DNA of 64,000 nucleotides from Piedraia hortae CBS 480.64 (GCA_010093745.1 MU005959.1:424270-488269), one strand, 5' to 3'; positions 11,217 through 23,305 are shown, numbered from the stretch's first letter. The notes: generated by a model not told the origin, from the sequence alone. Numbers and translations: made by a program.

Positions 11217-12581
11217 TTATTCTTCGGAGGCTGCAGCCTTCTTGCCGCGCGGGAGACGCTTGGGAACTTCAGCCCCCTCAGCCACGGCTTTCTTGGGCCG
11301 GCCTCGAGCCTTCTTGACCGGCGCGGCTTCGGCTTCGTCATTGGCTGGCTCGGCCTTGGGCTTGCGTCCAGCGGGAGCTTTGCGTTGCTTCTTGGTCGGG
11401 TTTTCATTTTCTTCTTCGCCATCAGCGCTCGAGGCGCGTTTGCCTTTGGCTTTGTCCTCCGGAGCGTCTTCAGCAGCAGGCGACGCTTCTTCTTTGGCAG
11501 GTAGCTCCGGTTCTGAGGTGGCTGCCTGTTTAGCTGCTCCCTCCTTCGTAGGCACTTCCTCCTCGCTGGAAGCCTTCCCGTCCTCGACAGCTTTCTCTTC
11601 CACAACGACCTTCTTAGGGCGACCCTTCTTCTTAGCTGGAGCGGCGGCTTTCTCTTCGCTACTGGCGTTCTCGGCAACAGCCTTCTTGGGACGGCCACCC
11701 TTTTTAGCCGGAGCCTTGGGCTCTTCCTGCTGTTCTTCGTTCTCGTCATCGCTGGTGTCTTTGTTAGCCGCCTTCTTTCCGCGTCCCGTCTTGGTAGCCG
11801 GCTTGGCCTCTTCTTCGTCATCCGCAGCAGGTGCAGCCGGTGCAGCCTTCTGGCCGCGGACCTTCTTGACGGGCATGACTTCCTCCTCTTCGTCACTGCT
11901 AGTGGTCTTCTTTTTAGCGCGCGCCTTCTTAGCCTTAGGCCTGGCCGGCTCCGAAGCTCCCTCACCGTCATCGTCGTTGGCGCGTTTCTTGGGAACGGCC
12001 TTTTTCTTCTTCGGCTGACCCTCTTCCTCGTCACCCTCTTCAGCGTCCTTGTACCTTTGTCAGCAATGTAGCACAAGACTCGGCCCAACCACGTACGGTT
12101 GCTTTCTTGCTCTTCTTAAGGAACATGCCACGGTTTTTCTGCCCATCAAACGGCGTGTTCAACTCCACGTCCTTCGCACATTAGCCATGGCCCAATCCTT
12201 CAGTAATACTAACTCCTTTCCAATCTTCGTTATCCACATGCCCCTGTTCAAACGCGCGTTTGACCTTCTCTTTCGCATCATCAGGCAGCTCATCGTAACC
12301 ATCCACGAGATCCATGTTGCCCTCCGAGGCCTCCTTCCAATGATGGATAATCTCGGGCGTCACACAACCCCAGTGCCTGAACTTCCAGCTCTGCTTATCC
12401 TTGAACGTAATCATGACTCCATGGCGCATCTCGCCTTTCGTAATCTTAACCTTTTCATCTTTGCATTTCGTCGCGCTGCACACAGCGCGGTTATTCGGCG
12501 AGACCTCTATCACAACATCGTCAGCGCGATTCAAATGACAGGTGTCCCGTGCGCGCGCGACTCACCAATACGATAAGACAT
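11217..12581 (-). CDS. PARP-type zinc finger protein with Lys/Glu-rich AT-hook-like tail (4 exons)
   Basis: Spliced start MSYRIEVSPNNRAVCSATKC...KFRHWGC (zf-PARP CxxxxC...HxxC). Intron 12565-12507 plus two further GT-AG introns. Tail has repeated KKGRPKK. Confidence 0.85.
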
Positions 12582-12768
12582 TGTCGCAGGCCCAAGGTGG
12601 GTGTTTATCTTACGCGTCGTGTCGAATGTGGGGAAGAAGAAGAGTCAAAGCGCGACGGCTAGACTTGATTGGGAAGGAGTTGATAACGCTACGTCCGCGG
12701 GCCGTTCCGGCAAGGCAGACGACGTTGGAAAAGTCACATGAAGGTTCAAAGCCTAGGAAATTTCAAAC

Positions 12769-13434
12769 ATGGCCCTCAGTGGATGGGGTGCGTTTCTTGT
12801 TGTCTTGCTGGTGTTGGCTGTGTTTGCCGGGGCGGGTTATGTTGTGTACGGGTTTCTTTGTCTTCGAGATCAACGGGACGGTGCTGATTGAGACAGATAC
12901 GCCCATCTCCGCGCGCGCCGGCTGGGTCTCCCGCCGCCGAGCTTCAATCCGTTTAAGCAACAGCGCGGCGGGTCGACGTATCGTCCTCCGGCTCCCGCGC
13001 CCGGGGGAATCCAGGGCTGGGTAAATTCGAAGCTTCGCGCATGGCGCAACCGACGCACGGCGGGCGGCGCATATGAGGGCACCGCGCTTGGCGTGGGAGG
13101 TCAACGACGGGAGTTTGGGCCAATCGATGGCGATGAGACGTGGAATACTCGCATCGATCATGAGGCGGATGCGTACTACGAAGAGCAGGAGCTCGGTTTG
13201 ACGGACCCGGATCACTCGCTTTACGCCGGCGGCGGGTATCGTGAGCGTGGAAGGGGACAGGAGCAGCTGGATGCGAGGTACGACGAGGAGATGAACCGTC
13301 ATAACCCCTTTGGCGCGGGCGCGGAGGAGAGCAACATCGGGGTGAGGGGGGTGAGTCCAAGGCCGATGGAGAATAAGAAGGTGCCGGAAGAAAGCCCGAC
13401 GGAGAGACGCAGTATGTTCCGGGAAAACGTTTGA
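12769..13434 (+). CDS. Conserved fungal single-pass membrane protein (2 exons)
   Basis: N-terminal TM helix. Intron 12846-12896 joins it to YAHLRARRLGLPPPSFNPF...YYEEQELGL. Confidence 0.8.
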
Positions 13435-13482
13435 TTCTTTGCTGCCTGTGTGTATACCATGACCGCCTGTTTACATAGCACC

Positions 13483-14978
13483 TCAATCGTTCTCACTAAG
13501 CCTCCCTCCGGGGCGAACCAACAGATCCTCGATCCATGAGTCTTCGATTCTACCTGGTTCGAAGAACTCGGCAATATTTGGTAGAGTCTCTAGCCTCTTG
13601 CAGACGTCGAGGGATTTGACGAAGTTGGCAATCTGATAGAGCATGCGAAGCGAATAATACGCCGCCTGCAGCTGGGCAGAGAGGTGGACTTCGTTCCAAT
13701 CGCTGCAGTCTCGCTGCCGCAAGGCAGCTTTAAGAGTGTCAGGCTGCATCTGCTCATACTCGAGCAGCGCCAGCTGCGCAGAAATTAACAGCCAGCAATC
13801 TCTTCTAGAAAGAGATTTGTTCTGTGCAAGCTCCTCATCCAGAAAATCCAGCACTTCAGCTGGATCCTCCTCAACCGCAACATCATACTCCCTGATCATT
13901 TCACCCGAACGACGGTACTCACTCACCTTCGGCCGCGTCGGCAGCAGCGCATACGCAACTCTCCTCACCTGGAGACCTGTATTCCACGCCGCCTTCCTCG
14001 CGGGATCTTCCAGCAACATCGGCAGGAACATGTCCTACCACTATTAGCCTTGCCACCCATCAGCCCCTTGGCCGAATAACAGTAAACACTCACCACACTC
14101 CCACCTCTCGCACCCACCAACACCTCCGCAACTCTGACATCCACACCCCTCAAATACTCCCATCCCAAATCATCTTCAGGAAGATCATACAACCCCTTGA
14201 AAGCCTCCCACTCCTCACCCTCAGCAACCCCCCTACCCCTTGCCTCCCCAAGCCCCAAATTCCGATCCCTACTCATCCAAAACGCAGCCTCAACCAACCC
14301 CCCCCTCGCGACGTCAAAAGGCCGAATCGTCCACCCCCTCAGCGGACCCATCTCAAGCCCAGAGAGCATCACAATCGAGATATTAGGCCAAGAAGTGTAG
14401 ATCGCCATATCGCTATCATTCGATAGAATCATGACGTGAGAGTAGAGGATGGATGCTTCGTGCGCTGAGCGGATTACATATGGGTCTGCTTCGCCTGGGA
14501 CGGTGCGGATTATGGTTGAGAAGCGCGGGGTTCGAGAAAGTGACGTGGAGAGGGAGGGGGTGAGGAATGGGGGGGTTAGTGGCAATGGCTTGGGGTTGAG
14601 TTTTTGACGCTTTTTGCTGGGACGGTGTTGAGTGGAGGTTGTGTCCTTGTGGGTTATGAGATTGTTTAGTTGGGTCTGCATTCGGGAGAGGCGGACGGGG
14701 TGTTTGTGTTCTGGTAGAGCGGCGTCGAAGATTATGGAGTGAATTTTGATGCTGTGCTCGTCTTCGAGGGACGTCAGGAAGTCTATGGTTGAGGATAGGC
14801 ATTGGGAGTAGGTTGTGCTCGGGGTTAGGTTTTCGCTGGGGTGGGACAAAGTGTGGTAGATGTGATGGGCGAGGTTGGGACCGTCGATTATGCAACATGT
14901 AGAATCGTCTTGAGGAATTGTTTGGTATTTCAGGATGCCTGCTTCGCGGAATCGTTTGGTAAGGGCTGGTATCCCCAT
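13483..14978 (-). CDS. Asteroid-like XPG/FEN1-family PIN-domain protein (2 exons)
   Basis: MGIPALT start, IIDGPNLAH, FDAALP, GEADP and ILSNDSDM motifs. Intron 14093-14035 joins the two ORFs in frame. Confidence 0.87.
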
Positions 14979-15073
14979 GGATGGTATTCTGATTGGATGG
15001 CGGGGTATCTGTTTACAGTTACGTCATACCCCTGGCCTCACCACGAACGGCGGACGAGATAAGAGGGAAAATA

Positions 15074-17995
15074 ATGTTGCTAGTCCACCAAGCAGGCAGC
15101 GTCAAGGTCGGTGAGGTCGTGCGCTACACTCTCACCTACACTCCCGCCAACGACCGCATCTTGCCCACCCCAAAATGCCTCCATCTGCGCATCAAAAACA
15201 CCTGTGTCATCCCTCTACGTGCCGCCTGGCTTCACGGCCCATATGTCCTTCATGTAGCCTCTTATCCGGCCTCTTTCAACCCTCATGAAAAGGTAGAGGA
15301 TGCTGACCGCCATGGCGTACCAGAGTACGAGCCGATGCTCAAAGCCGGGGGCATCTGGGAGACCAAATTGAGAGTGCCAGACGATATCAGACAGTCTGGC
15401 GCCGATCTGGGCAAAAGGAAGAATTCGGACCTTCAACCCGGCACCGCAGGTAGTCTAGGTAGCATGACCTGGATCGTCGAGGTTACCTCTCAAATCCTGT
15501 TTTCGTCCTCTGCGTCTGTCAACTTTGAACTGATGGTCGGAAGGGACGAAAGAAGCTTGAATTTAGGCTTTGCCGCCGTGGCAGGTCATGGTCACGGCGC
15601 GCCCGGACAGATGAGGTCGCATTCTGGTGATCAGACTACCAAGAAGTATAGCAATGTTCAAACGGCAGGGGTATATTCCAAGGCCATCAGACTGGTTGCA
15701 GAGGACACCCCTGCCTTGTGGGACAAGCCAGCTTTGCCGACGTGGGACAAGAATGGACCCAAAAAGCGGAAAAAGGTGCACCTGGTAATCATCACTCATG
15801 GTCTGCATAGCAATGTTGGAGCCGATATGCTGTTTCTAAAGGAGAGCATCGATGCTACCGTCAAAAAAGCTCGCGAAGAGCGAAGAAAGGGCAAGAAGCA
15901 GGCAGCCGAGACATCTATCGCGCCTTTGTCAGGTGGTCAGGAAGACTTGGAGGATGACGACGACGATGAAGAGACGACCATTGTACGCGGTTTCAGTGGA
16001 AACGCCTTGCGAACGGAAAACGGAATTCAATATCTGGGCAAAAGGCTTGCAAAGTATGTTTTGAAGTTGACCTACCCAGACCAGCCCTTCTTACCCGTCA
16101 AGAAAGGGTTGTCAAGAACGATTACCGAAACGTTTGGGAATAAACCCAAATGTGATGGACATCCCGCTCATCGCGGTAGCTCGTTGATCGAGAAGCATGA
16201 ACCTGATGATCTCCCGTACAAATTCACAGGCATCAGTTTCGTCGGCCACAGCCTGGGAGGTCTGGTTCAGACCTATGCCATTGCGTATATCCACAAACAT
16301 AGCCCGACGTTCTTCCATCAAATCGAGCCAAGGAGTTTTATATGCATGGCGTCGCCAATGCTTGGGCTGAGCAATGAGAACCCGCTCTATGTCAAGTTTG
16401 CTCTCGACTTTGGCCTCGTCGGACGAACGGGTCAAGATCTTGGCTTGTCTTGGAGACCCAACACTCTTGCGCGAGGTGGATGGAACGCAATGATGGGCGG
16501 TCTGGCTCAAAAAGATGGCGAAAAAAAAGCGGATCCTACCACGAAGCCTTTGCTGCGGGTTTTGCCCACAGGTCCGGCTCATCAGGTTCTGCAATTGTTC
16601 CGGAACAGGACGGTCTACTCAAACGTCGTGAACGACGGGATAGTGCCGCTGAGGACGAGCTGTCTGTTGTTCTTGGACTGGCGCGGGCTGGGTAAGGTGG
16701 AGAAAGCTCGACGGGAGAATGGACTGATTGGCACGGTTGCCGAATGGGGCTGGGCTGAGTTGACGGGGCTGAATGCCAGTAGTGCGGTATCCAGCGAACG
16801 CGACATTGTCGACGAGCACGTCCAGAAAGGCGAAGGGGATGTTGTGCCTTTACCCGCCGGGGATGAAATCGCCGCAGATAACCCCAAAGAGGTCCCAGAG
16901 GAAACAAAAGACAGAGGAATGTTTGACCATTTCTTGGACTTCTTCCGCCCCAATCCGCCAGTGGGAAAGACGTCCAAAGCTTTCCACAGAGGGCAAACTG
17001 TGAAGCAGGGCGAAGACGAACTGCCACAGGACGTCGAAAGCGGCATGGAAGGGACTACCGAAAATCCCATGATGCGCCCCAAGCCCCGTGCAACTCGTGG
17101 CGACAGCATCGTGAGCGAAAGCGGCGAACTACGCACACCTCCTAAGACATCAATCTTCGAATCAGCAGGCGACATCCTCCATCCACCTTTACCCGGAAAA
17201 CAGTGGATCACAGATCCAAGTAGTCGCTCACAGACCATCTTCCACGACCGCATCTACCACCCAGAAGACATCCCACCCGCACCAATCAAACGCCACGCTT
17301 CCATCCTATCGCGAAGAACCTCTTCCTCAGATCATACCTCGAAAACAAGCAGTTCCACAAACTCCACCGAATCCACAGGTGCACAAGGGTCAATGAAGGT
17401 CGAAGAAAAGATCGCAAGAGCATACCACAATGGCCTAAGCTGGCGTAAAGTCCTCGTCCGATTGGAACCAGACGCACATAACAACATAATTGTCCGAAGA
17501 ATGTTCGCCAACGCCTATGGCTGGCCTGTAATCAAACATCTCTGTGATACCCATTTTGCGGATACCTACGCAGCCAACACGCGTGATGATGAGGAGCAAA
17601 ACCGTGATCCTGAGCGGAGGGAGGCCGAGGTCGAGCAAAGTCAGGCCAATGACCTTCTCGAGGATAAAAGCAGCGAAGCCAGCGACCCTCCCGGATTAAA
17701 CGACCCTTCAGACCCAAACGTAACCTCCCCAAGTGAAGAAGAAAGAAGAGACCACCTCACCGCCCTCCCCTTCCCTTCTCAAAACCCTTCTTCGAAGGCA
17801 GTCAACCCACTAAGCAGGTCCAACAGCGCGGTATGGGACGATTCGTATTTTGATGGGGCGAGTTCCGATGATGAAGAGGATGGACAGCAGGGACTGATTG
17901 AGAAGGGGGTGGATGCGTTCTTGGCGAAACCAGAGGCGGCACATACAGCTGTGCATAGGGGGATTGGAGCTGTAGAGGGGGAGGGTGAGGGGTGA
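15074..17995 (+). CDS. DUF676 lipase/serine esterase, Rog1-like
   Basis: LVIITHGLHSN, SFVGHSLGG (GxSxG), YSNVVNDGIVPLRTS and DAHNNIIVRR motifs. ATG at 15074. Confidence 0.88.
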   Translation: MLLVHQAGSVKVGEVVRYTLTYTPANDRILPTPKCLHLRIKNTCVIPLRAAWLHGPYVLHVASYPASFNPHEKVEDADRHGVPEYEPMLKAGGIWETKLRVPDDIRQSGADLGKRKNSDLQPGTAGSLGSMTWIVEVTSQILFSSSASVNFELMVGRDERSLNLGFAAVAGHGHGAPGQMRSHSGDQTTKKYSNVQTAGVYSKAIRLVAEDTPALWDKPALPTWDKNGPKKRKKVHLVIITHGLHSNVGADMLFLKESIDATVKKAREERRKGKKQAAETSIAPLSGGQEDLEDDDDDEETTIVRGFSGNALRTENGIQYLGKRLAKYVLKLTYPDQPFLPVKKGLSRTITETFGNKPKCDGHPAHRGSSLIEKHEPDDLPYKFTGISFVGHSLGGLVQTYAIAYIHKHSPTFFHQIEPRSFICMASPMLGLSNENPLYVKFALDFGLVGRTGQDLGLSWRPNTLARGGWNAMMGGLAQKDGEKKADPTTKPLLRVLPTGPAHQVLQLFRNRTVYSNVVNDGIVPLRTSCLLFLDWRGLGKVEKARRENGLIGTVAEWGWAELTGLNASSAVSSERDIVDEHVQKGEGDVVPLPAGDEIAADNPKEVPEETKDRGMFDHFLDFFRPNPPVGKTSKAFHRGQTVKQGEDELPQDVESGMEGTTENPMMRPKPRATRGDSIVSESGELRTPPKTSIFESAGDILHPPLPGKQWITDPSSRSQTIFHDRIYHPEDIPPAPIKRHASILSRRTSSSDHTSKTSSSTNSTESTGAQGSMKVEEKIARAYHNGLSWRKVLVRLEPDAHNNIIVRRMFANAYGWPVIKHLCDTHFADTYAANTRDDEEQNRDPERREAEVEQSQANDLLEDKSSEASDPPGLNDPSDPNVTSPSEEERRDHLTALPFPSQNPSSKAVNPLSRSNSAVWDDSYFDGASSDDEEDGQQGLIEKGVDAFLAKPEAAHTAVHRGIGAVEGEGEG

Positions 17996-17997
17996 GC

Positions 17998-18008
17998 ATT
18001 ATTATTAT

Positions 18009-18043
<35 letters not shown>
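17998..18043. repeat. (ATT)n followed by a 33-nt poly(T) tract
   Basis: Directly visible; T run spans 18011-18043. Confidence 0.95.
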
Positions 18044-18048
<5 letters not shown>

Positions 18049-19842
18049 GTGCGTGGAGATTTGTATTTGTTTGATGAAAAGGTGGGATGGTGTTTGATGA
18101 GTAGGGTATACCAATTTATGCGTGAGAGTAGGTTGTCTTCATTACCAAATACCTCACATCGTGCACAGATTCTCAGGGCTGGATATGAAGAGACATGATG
18201 TGGCCAACTATAGGAGGATTTGTTATGGCCCGGCGGACCGGGACCGCTCCGACCCGAAAAGGCTTGGCCCCTGCACGCTGATCGTGCTCTTCTTGTATCC
18301 AGTTCCTCTCTTTCCCCCCTTCTGTAGGCGTATCGCCTTTGTCTTCTGGGAAGTGGACCTTGCCCCCGGCACACGACCCTCCTAACAGGATTAAATATAG
18401 TGAGTGGATGAATATTCCGGTGCATATCGAATTATAGCTATCCAGGGAAAAGACTAAACACGCCTTTCGTAGCCCATCAAGTGACCAAAAGTTGTCCATA
18501 GAACCCATCGAGGAAACGCGTAGAGAAGGATTCCTGTAACACAAGAAACCGGACGTTGAAGAGGTTAGCCTAGTGTGGAATATACCTGTCTCGCAGAGTT
18601 GCCCTACGGAGGAATTATCCCTTGGGAGTGGGTCCGTGGGACAAGTACTTGGCGTCGCCAGCACATTTGCCCCACACCGACTCTTTGTACACCTGTGTTT
18701 TTAAGCTTCACGACTACTTTCCCGCCAACTGGATGGGCCTATACGAGTGACAACAGGGATTGAAGGAGACGTGAGATACGGCGTTGAGACAACAAAACTG
18801 GAAGAGACGAGGTTGCTGGTCGCTCTAACACTTTTGGAACTGGCACCCGACTGACATCAACATTTTCAACTCGCTTACTTCGCCGAGCGATCCTTCATAG
18901 ATTGCAAGTGCAGTTTCATGTCGCGAGGTACTCTTTTCCAACTCTCCAGACCAACTCCACCGTGGCCACTTTCAGAGCTTTCTAAAGGGCATATTTCAAC
19001 CGCCGTCTTCTCTATTCCACATGGAACCCTACATTCTTGCGCTGCTTGCAGAGATTCAGCCTTTTGCTGGTTTGCAAACTTTTCGAAAGGTTTACTGAAG
19101 ATCTTCTTTGGCATCGAGCAAGCTGGAGTACACTGAGATATGAGGCATGTGCTGCAGTCGACAAGACGTCAGATACTAGTGGACTGGAGGCAATGGTCAG
19201 GTGTCTTCATCTCTGTAATACTGAAAGACAGCCGCCAGCATCTTTTAAGCTCGACAAGCTGAGCATTTACACGGCCAATCCTGCGTCAGTGATAATCACT
19301 GATGGAATATGGCGGATTGCTATCATTGATCATCACAATGACTGTTACTGACAGGTAATGTCAATCACTGACGATTTGGGCTGTTATATAGGTACCCGCT
19401 AATGGTGTCTACCTTTCAATCCCAACGCCTCATTCTAGGCTGATGCCTGTTTGAGCAAGCAGTGCTCCGACATGACCTGTTATCCAGGAAACAAGCTGCA
19501 AGTCACTCTTAATGATAAACTTTCTATTGTCAGTGATGGTCAGCAGCTTGAGGAAACCCAAACCTTCTAGTCATGTTAGAAGCTTAGTCCTCTAATATGG
19601 TTATCAGTGGTCCATGACACGTTTCTTGCTCGCAAATACAGCGCTGGTCCTCTCATTAGCGATCTACATACTGGCAAAAGTTATGAGCGTTTGGCCAGAA
19701 CAAAACGATAACCATAGAAGGGCATATCGACGAACGAAGGTATAATCTAAGTAACAGTAAAAATTACCCATATTATATATCCATTAAATTGACAGAGGTA
19801 CTGGAACAGAGACAGCAGGTGCTTGTGCGTGATGTTTCGTAA

Positions 19843-21160
19843 TTATGAGGGAACGGTGATTCCGCGATAATGCCGCAACATGTGTTCGTTGATCACCCAT
19901 CGGTCAGATGCACCGCCGTCAGCGTAGACCCATTTATGCCCAGCAGCGGGCAGTCTTTCACGCCTGTAGGCATTTGCAACCCACTGTTTACCACACCCTC
20001 GATTGCAAAGGTGTTGTACGTTTAGAGTGCCGGCAAGGCTTGGAAACACGTACGACCAGATACCGATCGCTGCGCGACAGGATTCTGAACCCATTTGATT
20101 CGAACCGCCTCTCTGTCTGATTACGTGGCATGGCAAGAACGTAATTTTGCAGCAGGGCCAGGTTGTGGTGTTGGTTTCGGTCACGCATGAGGTACATGAC
20201 CCTGTAAACATGCAGCCGGTTTGTGCAGCTCACAAATGAGCCAATGCCGCACTTGACGGGACCATGGAGCCGTGAGAAGAGGGAGCATGGGCCTTGCTCC
20301 CAGTTGATGCAAACTTTGGTCCTCAAACTGCTGTGGAACAAAGACTCGGCCTAATGCGGTTGCGCCAAGCGTTGCAAAGGTGGGTTGTCCTCGACGGAAG
20401 GCCAAGTTGCTCCCGTATCCTCGGTTTCCGGCAGTACTTCAAGACCTTGTTACCTGCGTGCGTCACATAGCCCTTTGGACAACGCCACCAACCGCCAACG
20501 GCCATATGGCGCAATGCCATGCGTCTCCCCCATCCTCCTTCCGATACTCAAGGATGGAGCGTGGTGATTTGTGAGTTCTGCGTCACTGCCAGTGTACTTA
20601 TTCCCCTCTTCTTGGGATAGTGTGCTTGAACCAATATTCGGTCCGTGCCTTGCGAACAAACATGGGCATATGGCACAGCAGGTGCAGCTTGTTCTTTCTT
20701 TTCATGGTGTCGAAACCAAGGACAGCTTCCCACGCCTCGAGCAGCTCCCTGTTCAGGGATTCTAGTCTTTGTGACCATCCACCAATGACCTCGATCTCGT
20801 CACTGTATAGCATCTTTCGAAACTCTACTGCCTTGAACCTTAGCGGCACTTGCGTTTTGATGCGGCCAGACAATCTTCCTTTAGAGGAATAGAACGTGGC
20901 CAGGGTTAGCGGCCACATCTGCACCATGAAGAAAACCCTTCCCGGGGAAGGTGCCAACCCACTGAGCTATTTGCTTGGGGCTGCGAAAGCTGTCACAGCC
21001 ATCTTGGTTCATGGCCATTGCGCTGTACGCGAGGTCCCACAACTGGCTTCGCATCGGGACCTTTTCCTTGGTGTTGTTCCATATATACTTCATTGACCCA
21101 AGCAAAGTGCAGTGCAGGATCTCGTAAGGTCAGTCCTTGTGCGAATCGAACCCGGAGAGT
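19843..21160 (-). mobile_element. Decayed DNA transposase, CMC/EnSpm (Plavaka-related) type, pseudogenised
   Basis: Ordered motifs across frames: GFDSHKD*PYEILHCTLLGSMKYIW, QWVGTFPGKGF, KNKLHLLCHMPMFVRK/HGPNIGSST, ALRHMAVGGWW, LNVQHLCNRGC...RRER...WVINEHMLRH. In-frame TGA at 21132-21130 plus frameshifts. Confidence 0.72.
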
Positions 21161-21922
21161 GGAACAGGCTTGACATGGGCTCTTTGTAGCCTTGGTCTCC
21201 GGAATAAGCGAGCCGTCTGGTGTCTTGAACCTTCCGAGCCGGCCACACATCCTGTTAATGTTAGTCGGGAGCCAGTCCCGATAGGGCTAGGGCGACTAGT
21301 AGCCTCATCTCCTCTGGAGGCTTAGAAAAAAGTGTAGCAGCAACAATATTGTCTTTCAGGTTACTTCCCATTCTTTTATGAAAAGACAGATAGTATGTAC
21401 GAGTGAGAACGATGAATGGAGAGTTAGAGATGTGTTTATGAGTGAATACAAATTATCTTCGAGGGAACATCAGAGAATATATTCTGGGCTGGAAGGCCCG
21501 TGCGTAGCCTCGTATGAAGAGTCATCAATTGTATGACCATAAGCAAGTGGTCATACATGCAGTAAGACTGTCAGCATGCAGTCTTACTCCATGACTCACC
21601 TCATAACAGTAGCAGGGCGCATTCACCATGTCGCATGCGACATGACCCTGAGGGAAACCTCTGTGAGGACAAAACCTAGGGTGCAGCTGCTGGTGTAAGA
21701 GGTGTCGCGCAGTGGCATCGTACACTGATAGCAACGAGACTTCATGCCAACATTTTGTTCGATTAAATCGACTTTTCACTCGACTAATCCGGCTCGCAGT
21801 TTCTTGAAAAGATCATCCTCATAGGGTTCGAGCACGCTTAGCTTGTGGAATAGGTCCGGCGGCGCATTTTCTCTGCATTAACCTGGGATATAATGTCCTA
21901 CCGCAACACTACGGAGCTGAGG

Positions 21923-22213
21923 TTACGACGGACCTCTTAAGTGGCTGTAATTAATTTTTCCTTTGCCATCATACTCATGGGGATGTCTGAATTTTTTAGC
22001 AAGGCTCTGCTGACTGTCTACTTGGAACAGAGCATTGGTGGCTTTGCGCCAAAGAACTTCTGTGCGGACGTCATCAAAAGGCTTGCACACGAGCGTAACA
22101 TGGCACAAGGAGCCCAGGTCAGTTTCTAACTGCTGGAAGATGCTTACAAGAGCCTCTGCGGAGAAGTTGGAGAGTGCTCTAATCATCTTGCGTACAGGTT
22201 GATATGATGGCAT
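21923..22213 (-). pseudogene. F-box protein fragment, likely pseudogene
   Basis: LSNFSAEALVSIFQQLETDLGSLCHVTLVCKPF...EVLWRK fits the F-box pattern. The downstream frame is broken by stops. Confidence 0.65.
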
Positions 22214-22998
22214 GGGAGTTATAAACGATGTTGATGATCGGGTGGGCTTGTGATTTGAAAGTGGTTCGGAAGGCTGTCTAGAAATTTTGAAATGTGCGCG
22301 TGGGGGTATGAATGACTCGTAGGGGACAAGTGTTCAAGTTCGATATTTTGACAGGAGTCATGAGCCAGGAATATGTCAAGAGTCAAGAAAGTCTAGACCT
22401 GCCGAATACGTGTCAGAATTATTAGTGTCCAGGGAAGCTAAATTCGCTACCACGATTGAAAAGTATAGCAAACTTCACCTTCGCAGTTGAATAATTCAAT
22501 TTGTCAAAGAAAGCGCGAACTACCTAACTTTTGGTGTAGACAACGGTATTCTTAGCTTTCAGGGGTAGCAGCATCGCCCAAAATGAAGCGTTTGCCTTGC
22601 ATGTTTCCAAGGCGCCCTTAAGTTCGGCTTTGCGAATTGTCATCCTCTTGAGATGCATTGATTTGCCGAATACCCCGAGTAGAATCTCAGATGATGAAGG
22701 GATCACTTGGATCCAAAATGCTGGTCTTCTGTACACATGGGCAGAAGGCCGCCAAGCGTGGTGGAATATCACCAAGTTCCCCCACTCTTCCTTAAAGACT
22801 TTAGCGTGCACCTGCATCTTCACCGCACCAAGTACCCACCATACAAACACTCTTCCAAAGGTTAAACCGTTTATTGAGGGTCATTTACCGCGAAGAACAT
22901 TCGCACATGAGCAACATACTCAATCAGCATGGCATCCTTGGAAATAGTTCGGAGACAAAGTTCCAAGAACTCCATCGACAGTAAAAAAATACAAAACC

Positions 22999-23305
22999 TG
23001 TCAAAAGGATGTAGCACCCACCATGACCAGAACCATAGATAGAAGTCGAAACTTCTCAGGGTTTTTACCTCTATAGAGGAAGTTTTCCCTGAGACGGGTC
23101 ATTGTCTCGTTCATGCTTAAGGGCATGGTTCGCTGACGTTGCCCTGGCAAATGCGGTTAGACTGAGGTAGTGTGGGGGAGGTTTCGAACCTCACCTCATA
23201 GAGATAGACAATTACATTTTCACCTTTTTTCAGTAAAAGTTGAGTGAAAACTTTTGTCGTTGACATCCACTCCGCTCTAGTCCTCGGAGGTTCAACCCTC
23301 CGACA
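22999..23305. mobile_element. Solo LTR, copy 2 (307 bp) with 5-bp TSD AAACC
   Basis: TGTCA...CGACA termini, flanked by AAACC at 22994-22998 and 23306-23310. Same orientation as, and homologous to, 2849-3152. Confidence 0.88.

Noticed and set aside
11131..12018. Long antisense ORFs here, at 5925-6548 and throughout lah (e.g. 30970-32247, 35043-36251)
   Set aside because: These are shadows of low-complexity Lys/Glu/Ala-rich sense genes.
2849..23305. One 20-kb LTR element or gene-capturing unit bounded by the two direct repeats
   Set aside because: Copy 2 has its own TSD on both sides, no gag/pol lies between the repeats, and the interior is ordinary core genes.
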